Shown here one piece after another: positions 1 to 12,974 of a DNA stretch of 64,000 bases. Origin of the DNA: Amoebidium appalachense (Eukaryota; Protista; Ichthyosporea); contig CAVNZM010000011.1 in the NCBI GenBank assembly GCA_963693365.1, positions 1,658,989-1,722,988 of the forward strand. Reading direction: 5' to 3'. The notes below the pieces were generated by a model. The model was given only the letters and a program-made list of their open reading frames with translations. It was not told the DNA's origin and made no database searches. The stretch's first letter is position 1. The number at the start of each line of letters is the position of its first letter. The position numbers and the translations under genes are program-made.

Positions 1-576
1 GCAAGTAGAGGGACAGGGCAAGATTTGGTGTACATGTTTCCTTTTCTGAGGGGGAAAAAGGTGTTGTTTGTCAAATCATGTGTGTGTGCGCGCTCGTGGG
101 ACTATCTATAACCACTGCAACAAGCAAGAAGGGGGGAAAAGAGGGGGAGAAGGGGTCAAGAGGAGAAACCTAACTCGTGGCTTAGCTTATGGGAGGAGGG
201 GGATATGTGGATCTTGAGGCATAGGGCGAAGGAGGGGGGGGAAGGAGGGCAACAAAAGTAACTAACTATAATCAAAGGTTAAATAAGGAAACATACAGAG
301 AATCAATTGCCTAAATGAGACATACAAAGGTAAACCTTTCGGCATAAGTCAGCCCAACCATCTCAGAACTCCCACATTTCTAGTTGATCGGGTCTGAGGC
401 TCCCTCTATTCAGTCAGCACAAATGCTAAAGAAAGATGACCAAACCCATGGGCACATTGGTGTGACAGAGAACGTCACGGTGGCGGAAACTAATATATTT
501 AAAACAATCAGATAAATACGTTCAATTATAAGAAACAAAGTCGGAAATAAAAAGAGAGAAAAAGAGAGGTCCTCAC

Positions 577-627
577 CATTTTCTTGTTCTCGCGGACCCC
601 ACAGGTGTCACTCTCAACCTCGGCCAT
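577..627 (-). CDS. Probable first coding exon (MAEVESDTCGVRENKKM) of an unidentified gene continuing off the left end of the window
   Basis: ATG at 627, 51-nt exon ending in the strong donor GTGAGG; lies head-to-head with the GNAT gene behind a motif-rich promoter. The product is not recognisable. Confidence 0.4.
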
Positions 628-849
628 AGTTACAGGAGAACTCTCAAAGTTCGCTAAATGTGGGTAAGATGGAAAAAATTGCGTTAGCTTTGACTTTTCC
701 TTTGGCTTGCTAATTGGGAAAACGGTAGTCACTTTTCTGAAGGGTGTAACAGAGAGGTTTACAGTGAACTTCGTACGGCATGAGCAGAAGGTGAGTTCTT
801 CCACTGAGTGTGTCTGTGCGTGCCGGCCGGCTTGTTTATTTGGGAAACC

Positions 850-990
850 AGTTATCCAATCAAAACGGTTCCCGCCGTGGCGCCAAAAAGTCCAAAAAAA
901 GAACACTGTATCACATTTTGATTCGCTAACGATTCCTATTGGTAGACGCGGATGACAAAGGCGCAAAATCACCTAATTGGGTAAACTGCA
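850..990. promoter_or_regulatory. Candidate bidirectional promoter with E2F-type sites and CCAAT boxes
   Basis: CCAAT 856-860, TTCCCGCC 869-876, TGGCGCCAAAA 878-888 (reverse TTTTGGCGCC), ATTGG 938-942 and TAATTGGGTAA 974-984, between divergent ATGs at 627 (-) and 1378 (+). Confidence 0.45.
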
Positions 991-1108
991 ATTTATTTTC
1001 CCCAGGCTCCGTGTGCACCTTACGTCACACCTTGGGCACTTGTGAGTGACTTGTGCCTGTGAGCCTGAACTGAGAAAAAAAGGGAGGAGCCAAAAGTGCA
1101 GGTTTTCA

Positions 1109-1141
<33 letters not shown>

Positions 1142-1377
1142 TAACAAAACCAACCCTGCTCTCCTTTTTTAATTATCACTTTTGTATTACGCTGTGCCCA
1201 GGTATGCACAGCGCTTTCCACAATCGGTCAAGACACCAAACACACAACGATAACACACATTCTCAGTTGTGCTCAGACATCGGGTACACACTATCTGCCA
1301 GCCACCCGAGAAACATTTAAAAAGTCCGCCATAAATAAACGTGCTCATCATATCTTTTATTCCAACAAGCAGACAAA

Positions 1378-4300
1378 ATGAGTGGTCCACTTGTGCGTTT
1401 TGCAACCGAAGCTGATGCTGATGATGTTGTGCGATTGGTAAAGGCCTTGGCCGTGTATGAAAAGTTCGACCCAGAAAAGGATGTGAAACTAACACGTACG
1501 TGAGTATTTGTGCTTGTTTATATGCGCACAATTGTGTGCACGGGTGCCCTATTGTGCGCAAGTTTGAGGATCCTCAAGAGAATTTGTTGATGCGAAGAGG
1601 GGGCGGGGGAGGGGGGAGAGAGGGAGAGCGAGAGAGCGGGGGCAAAAAGGGGGGGAGGGGGGAGGGACCAAGGGGGAGAGGAAAGAGGGGGTTGCTTTTG
1701 GTTTTACCTGCATGCAGTCCTGTCTGTTTGGACAAAAACTTACTCTTCTTTTGAAATATGTTCTAAAGTAGATATTTAAAAGTAGACATCAAATTTTTTT
1801 CGGTGTGCCAAGTCCAGTGATTTCCAACCATGGACTGTGTGACCTATGCCCCACCGCGCTCTAGCTCTCCTGCAATCTGATAAATGCTTTAGCTGGAAAA
1901 GAACCAAGTGTTTGGGAGCTTTGGCTTCAGCCACTTCGTGTGCGTGGTCTCACACGGACTGTGTGCAGGAGAAATCGTGCTCCGTGACGGCTTTACTGAG
2001 CCAAAGAGGTTTGAGGTGTTGATTGGAGAAGTGGACGGCAAGGCCGTGGGTTACCTTCTGTTTTTCTACACATATTCGTAAGTGTGTGCTTGTATTTGTG
2101 TGCTTGTTCTGTTTTTTACACATATTCGTAAGTGTGTGCTTGTGTGTGTTTGTGTGCTTGTGTGTGTGTGTGCGTGCGTGTGTGTGTGCTTGTGTCTGTG
2201 TGTGTTGGTGCTGGCACGTTACAGTGTGGCTATGTGTCACCTACATATGCATAGGCTAATCAATACAATTGGGTGCGTGTGCATGCATGCTGGTTTGTGG
2301 TTGTGGGTTTGGAGTGGTGTGTACTTGTGAGAAAACATTGAAGGACAGTGGCGGGCGAGGCAAAGTGGAAAGGGATAGAGAGGCAGGGCAAGAGGGAAGG
2401 GAGGGGAAGAAAGAGGGTGTTAAAGGAGAGGGAAGGGGGAGGGGGAGCGGAAGCGATATAGCAATAGGGAGATGGAGACACGAGGAGAGAGAGAGTCCGT
2501 GTGTGGGGAGAGGGTGGGGGGGGGGGGGGGGGGGAGGGGAGTGAGGGTGGGGGAGCACGGACCAAGATAAGTAAAGCATGTGATGCCGGGGGAAGGGGAA
2601 TTTGGGAAGACAGGGAGAGTAATGGGGCACAATAATATTGGCCTTTTTTCTATCATTACCCAGCTTACACAAACACAAAAGGGCATCTTTATTATGTTGT
2701 GTGGCGCGATGCCTGGGGTTGGGGTGGGTGTGAATTTGGGTCCAAGGCGGGTACAGGGAGGGTGGAGGCGGGTAGAGAGAAGATGCTTTTGGTTGGGTAC
2801 CAAAGTATGGAAGGGGGCTGTTTCAGTCTCGTCCAATAGGTGACGCGGAGGTGGGATGGGAAGACTGGTGGCCCGAGGACCCCCCTCCCAACCCCCCCCA
2901 CAGATCCCCGTCACCGTTACTCACAATCTTCCACCCACTTCTCATGGACACAGAACTTTTGCTGGCCACACCGGCATTTACATTGAGGTGATCCCCCCCC
3001 CCCCCCCCCCCCCCCCCCCGGGCCTCCCCCCCTTCCCTCTCCACCAAACACGTAATAAGCATACCACCCTTCACCCCCTCCCCCCCCCCTCCCCCCCCCC
3101 CCCCCCCCCCCCCCAGCAGAAGCCCATTCCTCTCCTATGTCACACAGCTTTAAGACCCACCCATCAGGACACACTTTGACGCACGATATCGTTCCTTAGC
3201 AAATGCACCCCCCCCCCCCCCCAACCCCCTCCCCCCTCCCCCCCCCCCCCTCCCCCCCCCCTCCCCCCCCCCCCCCCCCCCCCCCACACACACACACCCA
3301 CCCCCCCACCCCCCAAAAGTCCTTCCCGGGGGTACCTCGGGTGCTGTGGATGATTTGGCACCCCAGAGGGTGGGCTCTACTTGTGATTCCTACTCTTTAG
3401 GTCTGCTTTGCAAAGTCTGTCTTGTGTTGCCCGTCATGAATGCGTACTTCGTACTCTAACAAATTCTTACCCCCCCCCCCCTTTTTTTTTCCAATGTGTT
3501 GTGCTGACGAAGACTTTTGGAGCAAAAATCATGTGCCCGCCCTCGAAATGTAGTATAATAGTGCTGTTCACCTGCTCCAACTTTACGAAGTGTGCCCGGA
3601 TATGAGAAGGGTATTTATTTGAAAGTTTCCAGCTTAGATGTGTGTTAACATTTAGCTAACCAAACACATGCCCCCTTAAAGGATGTATTTGTAGAGGAGG
3701 CCTACCGGGGGAGAGGCCTTGGCAAGAAATTAATCACCACCGCCATCAACATTGCAACCGAGAGGGGTTGTCCTCGTGTGGACGTACGTAGCCCCCCCCC
3801 CCTCCCCCTCCCCCCTCCCCTCCCCCCCCTCCCCCCCCCCCTCCCCTCCCCCCCCCCCCCCTCCCCCCCCCCCCCCCCTCCCCCCCCCCCTCCCCCCCCC
3901 CCCCCCCCCCCCCGGGCGCGCACCACCACCACCACCACCACCACCCACGACACCAGGAATGAAATGATTTTTGTAGCGACAAAGGAGCTTCCCACGAAGC
4001 CTCTTCTCTTGAGCCTCTATGGATGCTTTCTTTGTGCCCCAGCACATCTCCCTGCTTTTGTTTTTGCTTCCTGCTCACATAAGGAGGATTGCTAGTTTTG
4101 AGACAAAAGGTCCACCCACCTGAAAATGAAGCAACATCTGGGTTGAAATACGAAATAGAGGTTAGTAGGTCGAGAGTCTGCTCGTATACTGGACTAATTG
4201 GGAGGGGGGGGGGGGGGATGGTGCCGGTTCGGTGGGACCTGCGCCCTGCAGCAATATTGTGTTTCTGGAGTGTTTTCCCACAGAATACTCGGCCACATTT

Positions 4301-4541
4301 TGGTTAAGTCCATGGCCTGCAATATCGGCGTTAAACAAATAGTACTTTGAAATTGTGAACTGTAAGTCAACTTCAAGTCTCTAGTTTTTATAGCACATTA
4401 ACACCACCGTTGAATTGGGTGCAGCTTCAAGTGCTAGACTGGAACCAGCCTTCCATCGACTTCTATGTGAGCCTCGGCTTCGAGAAGATGGGCACGTGGC
4501 TACCCTACCGCCTGACTAAGCACTTACCGGCAGCCAATTAA
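1378..4541 (+). CDS. GNAT N-acetyltransferase, diamine/spermidine acetyltransferase (SSAT/SAT2-like), 159 aa, 5 exons: 1378-1495, 1969-2077, 2954-2987, 3682-3783, 4425-4541
   Basis: Spliced translation MSGPLVRFATEADADDVVRLVKALAVYEK...VLRDGF...GYLLFFYTYSTFAGHTGIYIEDVFVEEAYRGRGLGKKL...GCPRVDLQVLDWNQPSIDFYVSLG. Acetyl-CoA motif RGRGLG and the SSAT-family VLDWNxPSIxFY motif; all introns GT-AG and phase-consistent. Confidence 0.93.
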
Positions 4542-5037
4542 ACACCGTCGTTGAATTTGTGCAAGGCTGTCAATTAGCTGTTGTACATAGTGGGTACGTG
4601 ACACGGCACAATATGTCGAATCATGTGCAGCAAGGTGATAGCCAGCGTTGAACGCAGAACATCAAAATTTCGAATTCCCGACCAATTTCACACATTTTGT
4701 TGGGGGTTATTCGGCTTGTGATCATGTAATGTTGTACAAGCGTAAATGCATCAGTGTTGACGGATATATGTTTCTCAACCAATTTGAATAAATATACAAG
4801 TGAGGAAGGCCGGGCTATAATTATACCCTGTCTATTAATATTTTTGTTCCCATCGACATTTGCAGTGATGCCTTCTCTCTCAGAGCTTCATGCGTTTCTT
4901 CATGCACAACACGTACACACCCGCATTGTAGAACATATCTGCACGCGTAGCTACTAATAGTATAGGCACGATGGTTACCGAGGATATTTCATATTGGAAA
5001 CTTAAGTTATCCCTCGTTGTACTGTGGCTTTTTGTCC

Positions 5038-5072
<35 letters not shown>

Positions 5073-6114
5073 ATATGTGTGTGTACATGTGGGTTTAAGA
5101 TCGATGCACGAACACACATGCGTACGTGCATGCGCCATGTGCCTTTTTCTTCCTTTCTAGGTGGTGGTGCTGGTGGTGCTGGTGGTGGTGGTGTGTGTGT
5201 GTGTGTGTTTGGGGGAGGGGGGTGGGGGTTCACACGCGTGCACGACTCGTTCCGGAGAAGCTTGAAGTACGGTATCAGGCAATTCAACATGTTTATATAT
5301 CATTGCATAGCCGCTAGTCGGCCGCATCTCATTTTCACATCAATCAGTACTAGTGTCTGAACCCCAACCACACAAACAGCCACTCCTCGTAAATCAGTAC
5401 TACACCCATGAATTGCAGACCCCATTTGAGATATCGGCTATTACTATATACTATTTGAATGTAAAATGACCCATATGCATGTAAAGACAGAGTGTATTAA
5501 CTCGGGCCTCACCGCGAGCTTGCTAAGCCCCGGTATGTTTCAGATTGTGGTTGTTTTAAAACACCATGGGAAGACTTTAAGGCTATGCAAACAATTGTGA
5601 TTGTGACGTTTTTGCCATTATGCACAAAGTATATATGCATATGGGGCATGCAAGGAATAGGCGCAAACGGTTGCGACCTCAGCACTTGACTAAATTACAC
5701 AGGAGAGATTTAACGGTATGACACACACACACGACTAACGATCATGTCGGACAAGTGATTGGAAAAGTAAATGCAAAGAAAACAGGAGGGAAAGGAAAAC
5801 CGTGGGAACTGCATCGATTTTCCATCCAAATAGAAGAATTTTCTGTTCCGTTTACGGCAAATTGCAGCCAGCATCCTTCGATTAGTCTGCCAATACACAG
5901 TCTTATACTAATCATGGTTTTCAAGAACTGCACGAACACATTTATAATTAGCCTTTAACGTGCAGGCAGATTTGCATACATTGTGGCACAAGTAACTTGA
6001 TCCCCCCCCCCCCCCCCCCCCACAAAAAAAGCAAAAAAAACAAAAAAAACAAAAAAAACAAAAAAAAACAGAAAGAGAAAAAACACAACCAAAAATAAAC
6101 AAAAATCATTCCGA

Positions 6115-6250
6115 TCAGCTTGCTGCCGGAGGTACGTCCACAGAGAGAATATAGTCTCTGCCCCCATTGTTGTCCCACAGCTCCCTGTCTCCCAACTGTG
6201 CACGGATGCAGAACTTGACGTATTGCCGTGTGCCCCATTCCGTGAAATCC

Positions 6251-6336
<86 letters not shown>

Positions 6337-7419
6337 CCGTGTATGTGTGTGAATTTGTGCATGTCTGTTGTGTGTGTGTGTGTGTTGTGCGTGTGTGTGT
6401 GTGTGTGGGCGTGGGCGTGTGGGTATACATGAGTGCATGTGTGTGTGTGCATGTGGCGCGCGTGGAGGGGATGGGCGGGCGGGGGGTGGGTGGGTGGGAT
6501 GGGGGTGGGGGGGGGGGGGGGGGGGGAGGTTAGAATGCCCAAGGGGAATGGATTGAGCCTGGTAGGGCATCGAGTAACGCCTCGGAAAAGCACACGGTGA
6601 AGTGCACAGACACACACAAGACACAGCAGAACACATAAGAAGAGAAAGAGGACCGCGGGGGTGGGGTGGGGGTAGGGGTGGGGGGAGGGGAGGGGGAGAA
6701 GGAGGGAGAGGGGACGGTCAGAATGCGGAAACCACTACCAGATAGATTTGGGGGAGAGGGAGACGGGGTGGGTGGGTGAGTGGGTGGGTTGGGGTGGGGT
6801 GGAGGGGGGGGGAAGGGGGGGGGGGGGAGGGGGGGGCAGGCGTTGAGAGAGAAACATATAGAAAGCTGTGATATAACAAACACAGAAAGAGGTAAACTCC
6901 CCGGGGCAAGGGGCATTTGGGGGGGGGGGGGGGGGGGGGGGGGAGGGAGAGAGAAGGGGGGGGGGGGGGGGGGGGGCGCGGGGGGGGGGTAATACCTTTA
7001 AGCAAAAATCTGAAGCAATCGATTCCGTTGATGTTTCTGAAATATGTTGCCGTCACCTCCTTATTCGTCTTCCAATCATCGTAGGTGTAGCGGATGCAAA
7101 TCATTTTCTCGAACGCCAGATTCTTAACGAGAACATGTCCCGTTACGAAACTTCCTTTAAAGGCAAGTGACACCAGTGCAAGGTCGGCACCCAATTGGAC
7201 GGTGTCTGGTACCTGCGCACCAATCAGAAGAGAGATGGTTATCGGATGAAGATGAGATATTGTCCCCCCCCCCCCCCACACACACACACACACACGCACA
7301 CACAACACACACACATAAAAAAACCCCCCGAGCTTTCACACACCTCTCCCACCCAATGGACATCCAGCACGAGTGGGGCACGGGGAAAGCCCTTTGTGTG
7401 TGTGTGTGTGTCTGTACCG

Positions 7420-7460
<41 letters not shown>

Positions 7461-7504
7461 AAAAAAAAAAAAAAAACATTTTTCTTTGTTTCTTTTTTTT
7501 TTTT

Positions 7505-7535
<31 letters not shown>

Positions 7536-8420
7536 GAGGGGAAGGGGGGGAGGGAGGAGGGAGGGCAGGGAAGAAGCAGGGAACAGTTGTGAGCAGCCCC
7601 TTCACCTGATTGTCAGAAGGAGTTTGTGACAAGAGTGAACGGAGAGAGTGACAGGAGGAAGCGGGAGGGAACGGGGAGAGAGTTCTAACAGAGTCATCTG
7701 AACTATTAAGGCATGGGGCGAAACGGTAAGGGGGGGAGGGGAGAATGGCAGGGGCGGGAGGGGAGAAGGCCGGGGTCGGTAGGGGAGAAGGGGGGGGGGG
7801 GGGGGGGGGGGGGGAGGGGAGGGGGTTGGGGGTGAGGGGATTCCATTAAACACCACGAAACAAAATGGTGCCGAGAAGAGCAGTTCTTGTATGCGCTACT
7901 AGTTATGTGCTTAGAAGCAGAGCAAGTGTTCAGTTTATACTACAAAAGTCATAGCAAGCACCATAAAATATCGTAAGTATGGTTTAGAGTTAACTTCCTC
8001 TCACGTTCAAACAGATGCGAATACAATCACACCCACACGCACACACGCGCGCACGCACACACATACAGGGGCACACACAACACCCGTCTTTCCGATAGCT
8101 GTTTCCACACACCTGAGACCACCACCAGATGCACATCCTGCACAACTACCGAGGACGCCAAGTAAAGGACCAGACACACAAACCCCTAATAGGGATTAGC
8201 TTTGAATGCGCAACTATAGCCTTTTTGCTTATATGCGAACTTATATCTTTCGAGGCGCAGGACAAGTGAACACACGCCTGGATTGTCAGCTAGGCAGTCA
8301 GGGAACACAAACGAACACCCTGAGCTACTAACTGGCATCCAAACTGAGCCAACAGAAAATGTCTGGAGTGCATGTTCCCATACCCACACCCACTCAAGGA
8401 GACAAGGATGCGCGAACGCG

Positions 8421-8468
<48 letters not shown>

Positions 8469-8899
8469 ACACACACACAAACAAACACGAACGAAACACG
8501 TATACGCACTCACACACCCATTATTAATAAAGCAGACAACACACCTCCAGCTCTGATTCCAACCAGTAGCCCCACCCTTCCCCTCTCCCCCCTCCCACCC
8601 CACCCCCCTTGCCCACTCCCCACTCCAACCCCTACCTGTGTTGGTCGTGCAAAGTTCACCGGGTTGAATCTGTACGTAGGTGTGACGGGTGCTGGTGCAT
8701 TCTTATTCTCGAAGGTCTTAACATTTCCAGACTGATCTAGTAGGTCTAGGAGGTTGTCAATGCTAGGGCCCCTCTGTATGTAGCTGTGGAACTCCACCTC
8801 ACTTCTGAACCGCACACTCTTTTTCTTCTCCAGGTTGCCTGGCAACATGAAACTACCACTGCTCAAGCAACCACTGTTCGAATTCAAATCTCCATCCAT
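6115..8899 (-). CDS. Protein phosphatase 1 glycogen-targeting regulatory subunit (PPP1R3/Gac1-like, RVxF + CBM21), ~244 aa; exons 8899-8636, 8137-8113, 7697-7606, 7212-6996, 6251-6115
   Basis: N-terminal KKSVRF PP1-docking motif; CBM21 signatures GHVLVKNLAFEKMICIRYTYDDWKT and FCIRAQLGDRELWDNNGGRDY. The 25-nt micro-exon is inferred from phase compatibility. Confidence 0.88.
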
Positions 8900-9164
8900 G
8901 GTGATTGGTTTTTGTGTACCCGGCCTATTTGTCTTTCGTAGTCCAACTCTAACCTATTAGTTATCTTTTACTTAGAGTTCACCCAAGCACCGGCGACCCC
9001 GGCAACCATAGAAGTGCTTATTCTAAACATGCATGCGAGAATGTGTGTGAGCCCTAAACATGCATGCGCGAATATGTAACTTCGGCCTCTTCATAGTTGC
9101 ACTGAGTTGCTCAGGTGAACACAAAACTTTTTGTGTTCAGAATGCGGGGGAAAAATTGCAACCA

Positions 9165-9255
9165 GGTGTGTGATTGGTCCAAATTTGCTAACCTGAGAAT
9201 TCGAGCACCTAATATGGAAGATCACGTGACCTCAATTAAGCTGATTGGTCGTGAA
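9165..9255 (-). promoter_or_regulatory. Candidate promoter of the CBM21 gene: two CCAAT boxes and an E-box palindrome
   Basis: Minus-strand CCAATCA at ~9172-9178 and ~9242-9248; ATCACGTGAC (TCACGTGA palindrome) at 9221-9230; ~300 nt upstream of the ATG at 8899. Confidence 0.4.
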
Positions 9256-9612
9256 GGCGCGGACCGGGCCGCCAGCGTTCAAAAAGTTCGTTCAACGTCA
9301 ACTGTGTGTTACGGAGTGTTCTACAACATCGTAGTTACAAAATGGAGAAGCACATATATGTACATTCATGTCAAACGTATATCTGATCCGAAGCGGTCGA
9401 GTTACGGAACAAACCTAGTGTCACATCAAAACGGAACAAACCTAGTGTCACATCAAAACCAAACATTCATGTTGCTAAACTCGTTGCCGCAGTGCTATCC
9501 TAGACAATTTAATCAAACTAGTCACGAAATCAAATATGGAAGCCCGTTTCCTACTATTACATGCACTTTAATATTACGTGTGCTCATCTTCGTTTCCACC
9601 GCTTACACACCC

Positions 9613-11662
9613 CTACATGTGGCTCGTGACCATGGAGCCATTCTGCTCAAACACCGTCGAACCACTATCCACACCCTCCCTCGCAATGCCCTCCATCTCA
9701 TCTAGCAAGGGGGGCATAACCTCACTAACACGGAGAACCTCAGGCTGTGCTTCCTGTTGCCCAGCCACATCCATATCTACATTCCCCTCCTCCAAACTGT
9801 CATGCACGCTCGTTTCATTCTCTATGCTCTGTGTACTTTCATTCACCGTTTCCTCGTGTACCGTTGTCATGTGCTCATCACTCATATTTTCCACGTTTTC
9901 TTCCATCGATGCTTCGTCCTGCTCGTTCTTCACGTCCTCCTCCATATGCTCCCCTGTATGTGTAGCCACCTCTGCTTCCTGTGTGCTTGACGTGCCTCCC
10001 AACTGCGGCAAAGTGCTCTCAGAGCTGTAAGACAACCCTTCCTCCACCGGGTCTTGAATGGTGTGGTTGTGTGGGGGTGAATATGGTGCCGAGGGTGCCA
10101 CCTGTGCGTATGTCTGCTGTGGCTGCAGCACCGTGTCCAGCGATGGCAGGAGGCTTTGTGGTGCCGCCATTGCCATGTTCTGTGTCGGCCCCGGAGCACT
10201 AGGGGCATACGGGCTTGCTCTCCCGGATGATATTGCAACTTTGCCCAAAGCAGGCAGGTTTGCTGGGTGGCCAGACACTGACGTGATCGGTAGAAGCGCT
10301 GGAAGGGGCCCATGGCTGGCCAGAGTCGAATAAGGCTGTGCCCGCCCGGCCGTTAAGGTGTTCGATTCCATGGAGGATTCTTTCGCGCCCCGCTTTGTCT
10401 TCTTTCGGGGCTGCCCTACTGGTGTGGGATGTTGGGGGATTGGATACGTCCCTGGATGCTGCATTCGAGGAAGTGGCGGGGGTCCCATCGCCGGGAAGTG
10501 GCCGAAATGCATCATGCCCGGGGGACCACCGTGATGGACAAAGTGCGGTTGCGCCGCTAGGGCAAAGGCGTGGGGCCCAGGGTTGAATCGGCCCTCCCCC
10601 TCCGAACCGCTGGACATCATTTGGTTGGTCATCATATGCACCGGCATGGCCCCCGGGTGGTGGTGTGGGAGGGGGTTCATGTGTGGGAACATGACCTGGT
10701 TCGGGTGGGCCATTGGACCCCCAACCATAGTGTGCAAATTTTCGTCGTGGTGGGCATACCCATATCCGTCCACCTGGTTTTCGTCCACCACGTCTATCGG
10801 ACCCTCGTCGTCATCACCGCCTGACATGGTGGTCGGAATTGTGGTGGGGGAAGGCGCCGGCATGGATAGGGGACGGAGTGGCTGTAGCTCGTGTGTGTGG
10901 TCGGTGGTGTGGTGGCCCGGGGGTGATGAAATTTGGGCAAGAGTCGTGCCTTGGTGGGTGTCCATGAGCGGGTTGGGTGCCGTGGGCCGGGGCCGGTAGC
11001 CACCTGCAGAGAAGAAAAAAAGGTCAAAATGATACAAAAAGTGGCTCGTGTGGTGCACAGTGAAAGAGTGTTCTTCGTGTAAGTCAGCACGTTGTGTTCT
11101 GGTGTGCATGTCCAACTGCTGGTGCGCATGCCAGTCATTCCCATGTGTGATACCCGGCCACACACGTGCAAGTAAGGGCATGCTGGACACGGGCAGAAAC
11201 AAGCGACACAAACACACAAACAGAACATGCCGGCAACAGACATATTTGTCTCTTCCAACAAATGCACACTTCCACACTGGTGGGTGCTGGTGAGCCCAAT
11301 ACCCACTATCCACACGAACACACGCTCACACCCGTCAAAACCTGCAACCCCAGCTTCCAGCCTGTCTTCCACCACGGCCAATATACTTCACCTACATCTT
11401 CCCACCCCCAGGCAAAACACACCCAACAGCACACCTGCCCGCATGCCCCTCACCTGTAAAGTCGAACCTCAACCCGCTTGTGCGTGACGTCATTTCCTGG
11501 GCACCCTCCGTGTCCGACTCTTTGGTCCCGTGGTCTGCCCTTCCCCCGGCGGAGGCTTTTCGACCCCTCCCACGGCCCCTACTACGCACAGGGGCAGAGA
11601 AAGACGGACTGTGTGAAGAAGGAGGGTGAGTCACGGATGGCAGGAACAACAAAGGTTATGGG

Positions 11663-11695
<33 letters not shown>

Positions 11696-12641
11696 TGGGG
11701 GGGAGGGGGAAGGGGGGGTGGGGGTTAGTTAGGCAAGGGCCTGTGTAGTGAGGTCACCGAGAGGGGAAGGATGAACGGCACCGGCAAAAGGGGCCCGGGG
11801 GGGGGGGGGGGGGGGGGAGGGGGGGGAGAGAGAGAGAGAGAGAGGGGGGGGGGGGGGGGGCGAAGGGATATTACGGTATTACAAGGGGGAGGGGAGAGGG
11901 GGGAGGGGCGCCGGGGGGAGGGGGGGGGGGGGGGGGGTAGGAATGTGTCACGGAGTGAAGAGGACACATATAAAATGAACAACATAGAGCAGATGGTGCA
12001 AAGCACGTTCACACCACTTTGTCATTAGCAATAATGCCCATCAAGGAAACGATGTGTGTGTGTGAGCAGTGAGAGAGAGAGAGAGAGAGTGTGTGTGTGT
12101 GTGTGTGCGGGGGAGGAGGGGGGGGGGGGGGGGTTTGGTTAATCAAAAGTCGAAAGAGAGGGTAAAAGGAAGGGGAGGAAGAGGAAGGGGAACAAACGAA
12201 GGGGGTGGGGAATTTTTGTCTTGGCTGAAATACAGGGAGGAGGGGCTGTTATGGTTCCTGTGTGCGTGATATGCAGGCCCTAACACCCCTCTAAACTTCC
12301 TTATGTAGGCTTTGTGAAGTGTCGCACCGTTGTGTTAACAGACCGGCAGGGTGGATGAGTTGGTTGCTCGGGTAGCGAAAATAAACAAACATATGCAGGA
12401 CAAGCACACGTTAAAGTCCCCCCCCCGCCCGCCCGCCCCTTCTCCGGTCACCCGCTGGTTTTCCTCTAGGGCTTCTAATGTAAAGTTCAGCCCATGTAGC
12501 ACCTCCTGTGCGTGGGCACAGGAGGTGCTACATGGGCTCAACTTCACATTAGAAGCCCCAGAGGAAAAACACAGGAGGTGCTACATGGGCTCAACTTCAC
12601 ATTAGAAGCCCCAGAGGAAAACCAAGAAGGGCAACAAACAA

Positions 12642-12688
<47 letters not shown>

Positions 12689-12943
12689 GAATACGTACTT
12701 TGGCTGCTGAACGTCATCTTGAGGAGGCTGTGGGGGCAGCTGCAGGACTGGGGGTGGTCTTTTGGCTCGTAGGCCCCTGCCCCCCCTCTGCTGGGCCCTC
12801 TGCTGACGCCTCTTGACGGCCTCTCTGAGTGCCTCCTTGACAGTGGGGTAGTCCACGATGAAGTTGGCATCAAGTTTCCATTCTGAGTGAGGAGAAGGGA
12901 GAAGGGAAATGGGAAATCAGAAAAACTGGCTTTTTTTTTTTTT

Positions 12944-12974
<31 letters not shown>

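Noticed and set aside
8310-8362. Possible CBM21-gene exon requiring a non-canonical GG donor
   Set aside because: A canonical 25-nt micro-exon (8137-8113) restores the phase without it.
11004-11313. 5' part of the 566-aa ORF 9613..11313
   Set aside because: Upstream of the acceptor at 11004 it is intron read-through; only 11003-9613 is exon.
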